Shown: piece after piece, positions 28,781 through 41,697 of the stretch
Layout: each line of letters opens with the position of its first letter
How positions within the stretch are numbered: position 1 is the first letter of the stretch
Origin: Perna viridis
Taxonomy: Eukaryota
Length of the DNA: 64,000 nt
Direction of reading: 5' to 3'
Assembly: GCA_037379345.1 (NCBI GenBank)
Contig: CM074514.1
Coordinates: 6,510,001-6,574,000 of the forward strand
Notes under the pieces: generated by a model
Told to the model about the DNA's origin: nothing
Databases searched by the model: none
Seen by the model: only the letters and a program-made list of their open reading frames with translations
Program-made: the position numbers and the translations under genes

Positions 28781-29873
28781 TTTTTAGCTCACCTTGCCAA
28801 AGGCCATGTGAGCTAATGCCATCACTTGGCATCCGTCATCATTGTCGTCATCATCGTTGACAAATTTTAAAAAATCTTCTCCTCTGGAACTGCTAGACTG
28901 ACAGATTTTAAACTTGGCATGATTGTTATTTAGGGTGTTCTTCACATAATGACTGTTGGGATTTTTGATCCATGAAAAAGCATGGCCGCCATTACTAGAA
29001 ATAGAACATAGAAGTCAGATGGCAGTTTTTTGCAAATAACTCAAAAACTGTTGCCTTTAGCAAATTTCTGGCATGGCTGATATTATTCAGCATCATGAGA
29101 CGGGCCTATGCCGAAATTTTGACAACGATTCGTCAACTGATGTAGGAGTTACGGCCCCTGCAACAGTTTTTTTTTGCATTTTTTGCATATGCAACTTCAA
29201 AAATCTTCTCAAGATCCATTGCGCAGAATTCAATGAAAGTTGGCATATATGTTCCTTAGGGTAACCCACACAAAATGACCATTGGAATTTTTGTTCCATG
29301 AAAAAACATGGCCACCATTACTAAAAATAGAACATAGGGATCAGAAGGCAGTGTTTTGTAAATAACTCAAAAACCGTTGCCTTTAGCAAATTTCTGGCAT
29401 AGATAATATTGTTCAGCATTGTGAGATGGACCTATGCTGAAATTTTCAAAACGATTCATCAACTGATGTAGGAGTTATGGCCCCTTAAAGTTTTTTTTGT
29501 ATTTTTTTTTTCACATGTACAACTTTGAAAATCTTCACTAAAACCATTTAAGATCATTGAATGAAAATAAGCATAATAGTTCTTCAGTGTACTGTGCTCA
29601 AAATGACTGTTGTAATTTTTAATCCGTGAATAAATATGGGTGCCTATACTAAAAAAGGAACTTCGGGGTCTGAAAACAGGTTTTTGAAAATAATTCAAAA
29701 ATTGTTGCCTTTAGCAAAATTCTGGTTCAGGTCATGAAAAATGCTATTAAAAGCATTTCCTGTATTTGACAATTTAGTTGATTTTAACTTAGCCTGTCTC
29801 ATTCCTCAAGTTTTTCAAATAATCAAAGGTTAACCAGGTGAGTGATTCAGGCTCTCTTGAGCCTCTAGTTTTT
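28781..29873 (+). mobile_element. Complete family A Helentron/HINE-like element with ~330-bp internal tandem repeats
   Basis: 5' TTTTTAGCTCACCT..; (GTC/ATC)n tract; 3' CCAGGTGAGT IR plus AGGCTC-TCTT-GAGCCT stem; T-rich flanks. Confidence 0.8.
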
Positions 29874-32023
29874 GTTATGCTTTTACCAAATAAGTTTGTT
29901 TTTGGTATGTTCGACTTTGGTTAAAGTTGATTGATTTTTATGGAAGTTATGGCCTTGGAATTTCAGTGAATTTTAAGTTTTCCACATTTTTTTTGGGGGG
30001 GATACAAATTATGTTTGTATCGCTTCTATACTGGAAGTAAACAGCGAAAAAATCATTTGGTGCAAGTATCTGAAAGATATTGTGAGATGTCTTGATATCC
30101 TCAGTATTTATCATTTGATATGTTGAAAAGGCAATCACAGTTAACCTGTGATAATGGCAGACTGTTTTTTTTTTACTTTGTTGTCTGTTGAAGTCAAAAT
30201 TGACAACTAAGTGAAGCTGATTGTGCCAATTAGACTCAACCATATTAAGAACAAGAAAGCATGAAGCCATATTCGACGGGGTTACAGATCCAGATGAATT
30301 AACATGAGAAAGGCGGATGAAGTTGCTGTGACCATTTCTCTAACTTCCAATGCCCTTTCCTTCCAGATAAGCTAGCAGTTCAGCTTTTTTAGCCTGTCTG
30401 GAAAAAAAAGCCATTGGAAGTCAGAGCAATCTTGTACTACTGACAGAGTTGGGGTCCAAATTTTTAAGTCTGACATGAATTAGCCCATTCAAGGCAAACT
30501 TGATGACTACTGCTATTGCAAGGTGAAGGTAATTGGCAAGACAATGAGTTGAATAAGTAATGTTGAGTTGTTCTTCCATTGTGTCAAGTTCACCTGGATG
30601 GTCATAGACCAATATACTAAAAGAGTGATAATGTTTTACACAGTTAAGGATCTGATATCAATTAAGAGAGATTTTAAATATATTGTAACATTAAACTTTT
30701 GTATTCATATATACTCCATTCTCAGTGTTTTAGTCATTTGTCATTTAGTTCTATGCATGTAACAAGCTTTGATATTAAGACATATTTAGATATGTTGGAG
30801 ATGCATTGATTTATTACACATTTTCAAAAATCTCATAAAAAAAATTTTTCTTACCTACCTACCCATACCCGATATGATGAGTTGGGTTTGGACAAACTGA
30901 ATGATGGCCGAGGAGGTGATGATAGGGATGTCAGTATATTATCATATTTTCTTGTGATGTACATATTTTCTTTATTACTATTCCTATAGTTGTTGTATAA
31001 TGTAAATGTGAATTGATATGTTATGTAGGAGTGTGATTATCTTATAATCGTACTACTAAATATATTAAATACCCTTAATACCTGCATATATTATCATATA
31101 TTTGGGAAATTGACCTAATTTTCTGCCTCAGTTTGGTCAGGACTAATGTCAAATGACATACACCAGACAAGTTAGACTGACCCAGATTTCTAGCCTTGTT
31201 TTGGCTTAGAATTGCTATACCTATTTATTTCTAACTTTGGACTAAGAAGATGTGACATTTTATCTACAATCAGATTGACATCTCGGTGACTGATCTATAC
31301 TTGTATTAAACCTTTCTTCGTGGTATCAACCGTCTTTTTAATAAGATTCTTGTCTGGCCTTATAAAGGTAGTGTGGAACCTGATACTGCCGTCTGACAGT
31401 TTTTTTGTATGACTTTTTTTATAGTCTTATATATTTGTTGTGGCTAAATGTATTTGGTAACCTGAATTTGAATTTTAAATCTGCTCTACTTCCAAACAAA
31501 TATAAAATAAAAAGGTAATGAATCCAGTTATTTTGTGTAATGAAAACGAGTATAATATTCAATATAAGTTGGAATCTCATACAAGATGGACTTACCAGAT
31601 TCCCTGTTTTTGTGCATCATACTTAGTATTTATTTTCTATTCTAATCAATCAAAAGAATTTTTTTAAATGTCATAGTATTATTTAAATTTTACTGTGCTA
31701 CATTGGTAAATAAAACTTACAATTTTACAAAAGTTTGGATTTGCAGTACAAATTCAAACTGTAACATACCTTCTCAACTAATTGTTCTAGGTATGTAGTT
31801 ATGTATTAAGTGGATAAAAGTGCAATATTAACTTCAAAAGTTATCAGTTAATCAAATTCCCTCAGAAATCAAAGGCTTTTTATAGTTACTGATATTTTCA
31901 CAGGCGATTTTATAATGATTACTACTAATAGTATTTAAATATTTTAACACCTTGATCATTTTTTTGATAATGATTTTACAAAAAAGTGCTAGTAAAATAT
32001 CCCTCATAAAGGTCACTACATAA

Positions 32024-32167
32024 ATATGTTTTGTTGAGGGTACCCAAACATTACCGTTAGATATGTTTTGTTGAGGGTACCCAAACATTACCGTTAGATA
32101 TGTTTTGATGAGGGTACCCAAACATTACCGTTAGATATGTTTTGTTCAGGGTACCCAAACCGTTAGA
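32024..32167. repeat. Minisatellite, 37 bp x 4
   Basis: ATATGTTTTGTTGAGGGTACCCAAACATTACCGTTAG. Confidence 0.94.
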
Positions 32168-34048
32168 AGTATTAAAGAAAATAATGACCAAATTGTTATC
32201 TTTAATTTTAATGCTTCACTTTATTTTTGAGATAATTAGTTCCCTTCAGACAAAACCAAAAGTTTCATCCTTCAAGCAGTTTGTCTTCCATTAGATATCT
32301 TCAGTTGTTAGGACATTTTTTGAGTGATTCCAGATTTAAAATAATATTTTGATTATAGTTAAACCTACAATAGTTAAAGATTTCTTAAGATAATTCCTGG
32401 CAGAGGTATATGGCTTCTTTGTGTTGATTTTTGGCCCCAATAAGGGACAACTTGCAGTACACATTATCATTTTAAATGTTGGCCTGCATCAAGTTGTGTT
32501 TTTAGCACAATCCGATTTTTCTGACATTCCGGTTATATGACCGTAATTTTTTTGCAGAGTGATCCGTTTGGTTCGGTCAAATTTTCATCCTGTGTCATAT
32601 GTCCAATTGTAATCAAAATTCAAGAACTTTGTCAAGTTTGAATGGTGTGTCCATGTTTGCCCCCAATTGTTAAGGTTTCAACCTCTGCAGTTGTATCAAG
32701 CTGTGCCCTGTGGAGCATTTTCTTTATATTTGATGTGTATAATTATTGCCCAACAACTTGTCAGGGTATCACTAAATAAACCAGATAGAAATAACATTTA
32801 GATAAATTTGTCTTGTCTTATCTTTCTTTGCATTTGAAAAAAAAGCATTCTTAATGTTAAAAAGTAAGGTCATTATGAAACTGCACATAATGGAAAGAAA
32901 AATGTGGAAATATCAATCCACAATTATAATTTCATTAGAATAAACTATTGAAATCACATTGATTTAGAAATATTTGGGTCAAAAGATTAAAATCAGATGT
33001 CTTTGTATTGAGTACTGTGATTTCAAATTAATTCTTTTCAATTTAATAGTTAATTACTGGACAAACAATTGTTTCTTTAACATTAATTAAGATAAGCATT
33101 TATTGAAATATTCTGTATGATTTGTGTTTTTTATGACCTTTTTAAAAATTGCTTCTTTTGAAATGAAGACAATCAAATATACATTACAAAGACATGGTTT
33201 AATTTATGGGCAATTCACCATTTAGGTGTAGTCCACATTTAAAGGCTACACTTTTCACTGAAACTATACCGTTATGTTCACAAAGGAGAAGGTATGAAAT
33301 TCATACCTCTTATTGATATGTAAATCTATATAGTTCTCATGTATTCTAATAGAAATTCTTTGTTTACTTTTGCTGATAAGTGATCAGACATGATTTTCAT
33401 AATAAAAGAATGCCAAGTTTGATTTATGGGTTCAACAGGGTGACAGTCATTTTGACGTTAGGGATTGATTTGTAAAGGCGGATAGGTTTGATATGTCTGT
33501 TAATGGTTAACTTATACAGAGCATTGAACTAGGGTTGGGTTTCTATACTATAGAATAAGTTTAGAAGTTTCTTCTCAGACTTGCAATGTTTTGGTCTCAT
33601 AATAGTAATATACTTCTGTTAGATTACTATCAAAATGATAATAAGAAATTGTAGTCCATTAGATATCTATCTTCTCAAATTGAATTTGAGAATAGTTTGT
33701 TTTTTATTCACATTTTATCCTTAATTGTTTACTTTATAACTTTAAATTAATGTTATTGGTATTATGTGTAGAAAATTATGTAACTTGTAACTTGTTTTAA
33801 CATACCGATCTTTAATTGTATACTGCTATTTTCAGTCCGTCTAACTGTCTACACATGGCTAATATAAGTTATCTCCCTTTGAAAATTGAAATTTCTTGAG
33901 AAATTTTTGTAAGCACTATCATGCCTATATCTGTACATTTTCAAATTGACTTAATACTACTCCAACTTCTCTTGAACAACTTGAAAAAATCAGCAAATAT
34001 CAATTTGATTGCATTTATGACCTTTTTTTACTATCAAACCCTGGGTTG

Positions 34049-34236
34049 GACTTAGGACATGGAACACTGTTCTGTTATTGACTTAGGACATAGAACACTG
34101 TTCTGTTATTTTGACTTAGGACATGGAACACTGTTCTGTTATTGACTTTGGACATGGAACACTGTTGTGTTATTGACTTAGGACATGTAACACTATTCTG
34201 TAATTGACTTAGGACATGGAACACTGTTCTGTTATT
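34049..34236. repeat. Minisatellite, 31 bp x 6
   Basis: GACTTAGGACATGGAACACTGTTCTGTTATT. Confidence 0.94.
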
Positions 34237-34367
34237 TTAACTGCTTTTAAACTTTATGTTTCTTGACTATATGATTTTAAAACACAAAAAGAAGAAAGTG
34301 TATCATGTTTTAGCTGCTTAATTACCATAGTTTTCAATTTTAGCATGAAATAAATGTTTCTCTGCAG

Positions 34368-34472
34368 AATGGTGACCATTGGAATCGTGACAGTTGTACT
34401 ACATGTACATGTATCCAGGGAGAAGTTGTTTGTACTTCTAAGACTTGTATGGAGGATCTGGAATGTGGAGCA
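34368..34472 (+). CDS. FRAS1: FRAS1 exon w6, VWC4
   Basis: tctgcag|...|gtaaga; NGDHWNRDSCTTCTCIQGEVVCTSKTCMEDLECGA; phase 0-0. Confidence 0.93.
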
Positions 34473-34892
34473 GTAAGATTGTTATATGTTACTGCAAAAA
34501 AACATCACTGAGTTACAGTGTGGTCATCACATATATTTAATACTACAAAAATTAAAAGCATTAGACTTGATACACGTGAAATTTTGACTTAGAAATAAAG
34601 TATTTTTTAATTAAAAATAGTTGTAAAGATATTGTTTTGTAATTTTGATGAGGAAAACTAGTTAGAAATGTTCACATGGCAAATTTTGTATAATAGTATG
34701 CTGACATGAACAAGGCATGAGGACTGTGCATACACCATACCTCATACACTTGCTACCGATCAGTAAGTTCTTGTGTTTTCCTCCACATTGGTTTTAAATA
34801 CATTTGTACACGTAAAAAGTTTGGCAGTATTTCATGAATGATTATTTTTCTTTTTCTTATTATTTACAATTTATATATCTCTCTATTTATAG

Positions 34893-34950
34893 AGTGAACA
34901 AAACATTACGAGGGACAGTGAATGTTGTTCTGAATGTATCCGCCCTAAAG
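34893..34950 (+). CDS. FRAS1: FRAS1 exon w7, end of VWC4
   Basis: tttatag|...|gtaggt; SEQNITRDSECCSECIRPK; phase 0-1. Confidence 0.9.
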
Positions 34951-35207
34951 GTAGGTCATGTGTAATATTGATAACTATGGCTTGTTTCAATAGAAAATCT
35001 GAGAAAAAAACTTATCAATGTAACCTTATATGTGCACCGTAGCTTTATAATAATTTTCAGAAAAGAACCACTGCAATCCAAAATTGACTCTGAAAGTATA
35101 ATGTATTGTTGTTAAGTGTAATACAAAATTTCTTTATAGACTTAATTATAACCAGTCAGTATATGTGATAAGGACAAGCTCTTTAGTAATGATAAAATGT
35201 TTTTCAG

Positions 35208-35341
35208 ATGCATGTACATCTGAAACACCCATTCATTACCATGGAGATATTTGGAATGTTACTGACTGTGAATTTTGCACATGTCGTGGAGGAAATGTCC
35301 AGTGCTATACTGCTGTGTGTGAACCTGCAATTTGTCTTGAT
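35208..35341 (+). CDS. FRAS1: FRAS1 exon w8, VWC5
   Basis: tttttcag|...|gtaaga; ACTSETPIHYHGDIWNVTDCEFCTC...AICLD; phase 1-0. Confidence 0.94.
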
Positions 35342-36230
35342 GTAAGAACTATTATATTATGCCAGTGTTGTTATAATGTATTTTCTCTTAAATTGTATAA
35401 GAAACAGTTCGTAGCAGTTAAAATATGTACTAAAATGGTACAAGGGATTGAATCTAAATATAAAGCTCCAGACCAGGATTGATATGACTGAAATTTCTGT
35501 TACAATAGGTTAAAAGTGCACATTTTTTATGTTGCATCTCCTGATACACATGACGCTTTGGTCACTTTTATCTTAGTTAAAAAATCATTTGATAGGTGTA
35601 ATTGTCATGAAATCAATTCTAAGAGCCAGCATTTGAATCATAAAATTAAGTAACAAAATATTAGTTACTTTTTACACAGCTCTTAAATTCTTATGTACAT
35701 TTCAATAGATCTAACAATTAGTAGATCAATGGTCATTGTGTCAAGTGTAACATGTAAACTACATGTACATTTTCATGGTAGTGTTGGTTTACAGTATCAT
35801 GGCATCATGGTAAAAGAAGTACCAAGAAATTTTTCATGGCTTTCTCTCTTATATACCACAAAAGTTGTATTTTCAGTTTGTGTATCAAACAGTCAAAGGT
35901 CATCAGAAACTTAAAACAACTCTCACTAATCTCTTTAAAAGAATCTTATTTGCTGCTTGCTACTAGCATTGAGAGTGTAAATCATTACTGCAAAGTCATC
36001 TCAAGATTGTGAAGCTTTGTTAAAATAAGGAAAATAGAGTAAACCCTATGGGAAGAAAGGATTGGTCCTTTAAAAAATTGGAACTTAATGGTCTTAAACC
36101 CTGCAAGTGGGTGGTGTTGAACTAGAATATTCTAAATACATGTACAGGCTCATCTAAGTATCATGGAAATATAGAAAGAAATCAAGTAAAATTTGTTGTT
36201 AACTTCCTGAACAACTGTATTACTTTAGGT

Positions 36231-36261
36231 GCTCGGACGTTAAACCCCAACAAACAAACAA
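36231..36261 (+). mobile_element. 31-bp 5'-truncated retroposon tail with 12-bp TSD
   Basis: ATTACTTTAGGT|GCTCGGACGTTAAACCCCAACAAACAAACAA|ATTACTTTAGGT. Confidence 0.8.
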
Positions 36262-36444
36262 ATTACTTTAGGTTAAAGATACCAGTTTTATCTAAAAGTG
36301 GGAAAGTTCTAAAATTATCCAAGACAAATTAGTTGTTCCAATCATAAAGGCCTACTCACTGCATTCTTATTATCTAACTGTTATCTCTCATAGTCTCCCA
36401 AAAACAAAATGGAATCTTTAAATTAATTGAGCTCTATATTTCAG

Positions 36445-36531
36445 AATGAAATGTTAATCCATGAACCTGGGAAATGTTGTAAGGAGTGTGTAGAACGTCC
36501 TACATGTCACTATGGAGGACAAATGTACCAT
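36445..36531 (+). CDS. FRAS1: FRAS1 exon w9, VWC5/6
   Basis: tttcag|...|gtaagt; NEMLIHEPGKCCKECVERPTCHYGGQMYH; phase 0-0. Confidence 0.93.
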
Positions 36532-37302
36532 GTAAGTTGCTAGATGTAATGAATTATTAACAATTCACAGCTCATTTATCTTGTAATCACCAATTGATCA
36601 TCAATCTATACTGTTCATATTTGTTTTCATGCTACTTGGTTCATTTACTTTGTATCATTAGATAATTAAATATGTACTTATAGTTTTTGGGTTAAGATGA
36701 TTGATATTGTATTACTTAATGTAAGCCTGGTATTTGATCATTTTGTTTTTGCATGTTATATATTTTTGTAATTTCTGTTCATTTTCTTAAATGCATCCTT
36801 AGTGTAATGATAATGGGAATGTCAAAATCAATTGTAATGCAGATCTGTATTTTCTAATTTTAAAAAATAAAAACTTCTTAGTACATTAGTACCAGAAACT
36901 GATTTAAGGAAGTGTTATGCAAGGTGCTGTCATTTAATTGGAGGAAAAAGTTCTGGTAAAATCTTAATTTTTACTGAATATGACAAGTAGTTCTTTCAGC
37001 AATACTTGAAACTATGAATCTGCCCCTAAGGAGAGTTGTTATCTGTCAAATACAAAAGCTGTTCTCGTGTAATTCATGAAAATTTGACACTCATTTAATG
37101 AACATGATTTTCTTTTCACACGATTTCAAGGAAAAACTAACTTCAAATTATTTATTGGCTCTATTCACATAAACTTTACATATACTTTGTTATAAGTCTT
37201 GTTTCCTAATATTAGGTGAAGGTAATGTGAAGTTTAATGAAAGTCATATGAACAAATTTCGCTTGTGTGGGTTTGAAAACAACAAAAGTGTTTTTTTCTT
37301 AG

Positions 37303-37450
37303 ACTGGTGACAGTTGGCAGCCAGACAGCTGTACATTATGTCACTGTCGACATGGTGACATAGTATGCTACAGTGCAACATGTCCTGTTTGCCCAGTGGG
37401 TAGTATGGCAGTAAAACGGGCAGAAGAATGTTGTGGGCAATGCCAGACAG
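37303..37450 (+). CDS. FRAS1: FRAS1 exon w10, VWC6
   Basis: tttcttag|...|gtatat; TGDSWQPDSCTLCHC...CPVCPVGSMAVKRAEECCGQCQT; phase 0-1. Confidence 0.93.
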
Positions 37451-38156
37451 GTATATCAGGTTTAATGTCTGACATGGCATTTTAAGACTCAAAGAATCAA
37501 GTGAAAACAAACAGTCATCTCTAATCTATGATGAAAACAAACAAACAAAAAAAAAACACACACACACAGAAACTGTAATGTAAAAGTAAATGGCTAAGAC
37601 TAAGAACTGGCAGCTTGGAGCATGTTTATTGATAAAGAGTCCTCTGACTTTCTATAACACCTACCAAGTTGGTACTATAAGGTACGAAGGAACAAAACTA
37701 TCATAATGAGAAGAACATCTGTTCTCATGGTGGTGACACACTAGGCTGTGGTGGTTGCCATTGACTAGTAAAGTTTTTAAAGCATATACTGAATATATGA
37801 AAACTAAATTTACTAATACATGTACACTTCTTACATTGGCATGATTGGATAATCGAATTTCACTGAGAAAAAAATTCTTATATTCGAACTATCAAGATTG
37901 GAGAAATAAAATAATTCAAGAATCATGGTATAAGATGCTGTTTCTTTAATTTTCAAAACGCTTTAAGAAACTTGAATGTACTGATCAACATCAAAATACT
38001 TTTACAGAAATGACATCATTAGTATGCACTCCTCTTCTATTCATAATTTTACCCAGTCATTAATGAGAGTTTTCCAACACCAATCTAAAAATGGTTAAAT
38101 TGACATATTTAACTTTGTGTTTGTATGTAAAAAAAATTCTATGTGATATTTTTCAG

Positions 38157-38306
38157 TGACCTGTGGTTCTGACTGTCAGACATGTAAATATACAGACCCT
38201 AACTATTGTACAGCATGTAAACTGGAAAATCTTTACCTCCATGAAGGGAAGTGTATACAGAAGTGTCCAGATGGTTTCTATGGAAACATGAAAAATGAAT
38301 GCCATG
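38157..38306 (+). CDS. FRAS1: FRAS1 exon w11, furin-like repeat 1
   Basis: tttttcag|...|gtataa; TCGSDCQTC...GKCIQKCPDGFYGNMKNECH; phase 1-1. Confidence 0.93.
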
Positions 38307-38912
38307 GTATAAATGCTTTGAATTATCTATTTACATTTATGGAAATTGTTGCCTGTGTAATAATGACAGGTTGTGGGTATATAGATATCGACATATCCAT
38401 CTTTCTTTATTTATCAACTGTGTGTCTGTCTCTTTGTCACACTTCGAGTTTCAGGACTAGCTAAAAATGCTGAACAAAATCTTTTTACACTTTAACACAG
38501 TGAATTTGGAATTCAAGGAGTATCTGTGATTAGTGGATGAACTTCCTCTAGTTTATATGCATTATAATATTTATTATACCTCTTGAAAATGAACATGAGA
38601 ATCGGATATCGACACATTGAAAATTTAGGTACATTTGTAGCTCTCTTCATTTCAATCATCAGAAGTTATAATTACGTGATTCTTATTATAAATCGTTACA
38701 TATTTTTTATGTATATGGAAGTCAGCTAAGATATTTTTTTTTGTTGGAATGGACAATGATTTTTCATTTGGAGCTTTCTAGTAAGAGATTTAAAATACTG
38801 CTTGCAAAATTTGATTTACCTCCCCTTTTTCCCATATGTTATTGCATTTAAAATACAAAAAGTTACAATGGTTTTACCTGATTAGGCAAGAAATCTCTAA
38901 ACTTTTTTTCAG

Positions 38913-39053
38913 CTTGCCATGATAGTTGTAACACCTGTGTAGACCTAACAAGATACCACTGTCAGACCTGTAAACCAGGTCTTCTCTGGAAAGATGGAGA
39001 ATGTGTGTCCAGATGTGGAATGGGGTATTATCAGGAAGTCACACATTGTTACA
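38913..39053 (+). CDS. FRAS1: FRAS1 exon w12, furin-like repeat 2
   Basis: tttttcag|...|gtaggt; CHDSCNTCVDLTRYHCQTC...CVSRCGMGYYQEVTHCY; phase 1-1. Confidence 0.9.
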
Positions 39054-39070
39054 GTAGGTACACAAGGGGA

Positions 39071-39129
39071 GGAAAGAATGTGTGTTCAGGTGTGGGAAGG
39101 GGTATTATCACACATTGATACAATAGGTA
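39071..39129 (+). repeat. Single decayed copy of the exon w12 3' end plus donor
   Basis: GAATGTGTGTTCAGGTGTGGGAAGGGGTATTATCA-CACATTGATACAATAGGTA vs exon GAATGTGTGTCCAGATGTGGAATGGGGTATTATCAGGAAGTCACACATTGTTACA|GTAGGTA. Confidence 0.85.
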
Positions 39130-39196
39130 GAATAATTATCAACAAGGCTAGACAAAAGGATGGTTTGCTTCTTTCAGGATATTTTTTTTTCAATTT

Positions 39197-39590
39197 AGAA
39201 CATGGAAATCCTGGGCATCCCTCCACAGTTTCCTCACTTTTTTTTGTAATGCTTTTACCAAATAAGTTTGTTTTTGGTATGTGGCCTTATTATGAAGAAT
39301 TTCACATTAAGTTCAACCTTGGTTACGGTTGAATGATTAGTATGGAAGTTATGGCCATTGAACAGAAAATTTTCAGTGAATTTACAGATTTCCACACTTT
39401 CTTTGTAATGCTTTTACCAATTGATTTTATATTGTGTATGTAGTCTTACTATGAGAAGTTACAGATTAAGTATGACTTTGGTAACGGTTGAATGATTTTT
39501 ACAGAAGTTACGGCCCTTGGACTTAAAAAATTTCAGTGAATTTAAAGCTTTCCACACTTTTTTTTACATGGGCGACATTGGAACGCTGTT
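39197..39590 (+). mobile_element. Interspersed repeat family C with internal tandem units; also flanks 28781-29873
   Basis: ATGCTTTTACCAAATAAGTTTGTTTTTGGTATGT is shared with 29877-29910; ACATGGAAAT is shared with ~28739. Confidence 0.65.
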
Positions 39591-39692
39591 CTTTTATTTG
39601 CAGTTACAGTTTGAATCTCTCTGTTATCATGATTTTCCTTGATTTGACTCCCATTGCTATAATACACAATATCATCTGTTTGATATCACCAG

Positions 39693-39836
39693 GTTGTGAT
39701 AAAAGCTGTAGTCTGTGTATAGGACCCAGTACCCATCATTGTTTAGCATGTTCCCAGGAAGGACTTGTGATACAGTCTGGACAGTGTATAGAACAATGTT
39801 ACTCTAACTTCTATCTCCAGTATAGTGAATGTAATG
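39693..39836 (+). CDS. FRAS1: FRAS1 exon w13, furin-like repeat 3
   Basis: caccag|...|gtatgt; CDKSCSLCIGPSTHHCLAC...CYSNFYLQYSECN; phase 1-1. Confidence 0.92.
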
Positions 39837-40451
39837 GTATGTCTTCGTTCAGTTAGACGATGTAGAAATTATTCAACTAAAGATTACCATTTTGCCTATT
39901 ATTGAAAGTACATTTATTTTACTATTAAAATTTCAATAATTTTTCCTGTTCATCAGATCAACTTGTACTCTTTAAGTAAAAAATATACCTTGTAAGTTTT
40001 TGTCAGTCCTGATTTTTTTTGAAATGACAACAAAAAATCTGGTGAAAGATTTACCATCTACCAATAACCACTCTTTGACAGTATATAAAAAAGTTTTCAT
40101 TTCTGTGCAATTTTTACTTTATTTGCAGTATAGGTATTTTACATAAAAACAAACTTGAAACAGACACATTGCCATTCATATACACATTACCAATCAAATG
40201 CTATGAAACACCTAAATTGGATTTGTAAAGATTTATCCCAAGGCAGCCAAGATGATAAATATTATCTAATGTAATAAAGAAGTATTGATGTTTAAATTGC
40301 AGCAGGACTTCGATAATAGCAAAGTCCCTTTAAAGTATAGTTTCTTTTAATTTATAATTGAAGATTATAGATGGAATTTGTAATTCATAATGTTACTAGA
40401 TTTTGAGAAATAGATTTTTAACAAACAAATGTCTTTGGTCAACCTCTTTAG

Positions 40452-40736
40452 AATGTCCAGCGACCTGTGCCACATGTTCTAGTGATGGTCAGTCCTGTAC
40501 TAGTTGTTATGATGGACTAGTTCTACACCGTGGACAGTGTCTATCCCAGTGTCTCCAGCCTTACTTCCAGTCTGATGGTGTATGTAAAGAATGCTTCCCA
40601 GCTTGTAAGTCATGTTCTGGTCCTAAGGATACTGATTGTATGACTTGTGTTGAGGGATCCAGTCTTAGCAAGAGAGGGCGTTGTAAGATGTCATGTCAGG
40701 ATGGAAAATACATGAAGAAAGATGGAACTTGTAGAG
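40452..40736 (+). CDS. FRAS1: FRAS1 exon w14, furin-like repeats 4-5
   Basis: ctctttag|...|gtatga; CPATCATC...ECFPACKSCSGP...KKDGTCR; phase 1-1. Confidence 0.94.
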
Positions 40737-40852
40737 GTATGAATAGCTAATTCTCAATTATTCTAAAAAGAATTATTTTTTCTTTTGTCATTAAAATAAT
40801 GGATGCTTCAAGTTACATGCAAGTCACTTTAAGTGCACTAATTTTGTTTTAG

Positions 40853-41005
40853 ATTGTGGGTTTGGTTGTGCTAAGTGCCATATATCACGAGATGGGAGTA
40901 CATCAGTATGCTTGCAGTGTGAGAAGCCATCAATGCTGGCATTTGATGATATATGTATGAGAGCCTGCCCGGTTGGGAGATATGCTGATAATGGAATCTG
41001 TAGAG
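40853..41005 (+). CDS. FRAS1: FRAS1 exon w15, furin-like repeat 6
   Basis: gttttag|...|gtagtt; CGFGCAKCHISRDGSTSVCLQC...CPVGRYADNGICR; phase 1-1. Confidence 0.92.
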
Positions 41006-41697
41006 GTAGTTTTTACTTATTATATACTGTAAAAATACCTTAATTGATGAGTAGCAGTTTCAGTTGTCATGGTTTGTCAGAACTTGGTTATTTTATAGAT
41101 TTGCTGTATATATATTAATATTGTAATCACCTTCATTGTACAACTGTTCTGTACCAGATTTCTTTACTTCTATATGAAGGGAAGGATTAGATATTTACTA
41201 TAGTGCTTCAGCAAAATGATTTGTACTGTGCCTTCCCTTTTCAAGTTCCTCGCTCATCTACTTTGTTTTAATGTATGACTTAGTAAATGTTTAGTTGATG
41301 TGTAATGTAAATTTTTACCAAGGAGGGTATGCTTTGGTATATTGTCCTTCCCCCTTACAGGTTCCTCTCTTATATATTTGCTGTTTACCATACAACTTAA
41401 TTCAACAGAAATGATTGAATGGGGGAGGGGGGTACTCTTAGCACAATGTAGCGTGCAGCATCTTTTTTTTAAGATAGTATTAGACCATGAAAGTTTTCAA
41501 TTAATATTATATATTTCATTGAACTTTTGTTATGCAGAGGAATACTATTATTCCCTCTACACCACTGAACAGAATTCAATGACACTTTCATACAATCTTA
41601 GTTAAGTACTGAAAATGTGTGCACTTTTTATTTATTTGAACTTGAAGCATATGTTAGATCCTGTTCTTGCTAACATCAGTTGGCATTTAAATTTCAG

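Noticed and set aside
14160-37450. Separate kielin/chordin-like or BMPER gene; or FREM/CSPG4 for the 3' part
   Set aside because: There is one continuous reading frame with no stop, and the combined architecture is diagnostic of FRAS1.
39054-39060. Alternative donor AG|GTACAC 4 nt downstream for exon w12
   Set aside because: It gives phase 2, incompatible with the phase-1 start of w13.
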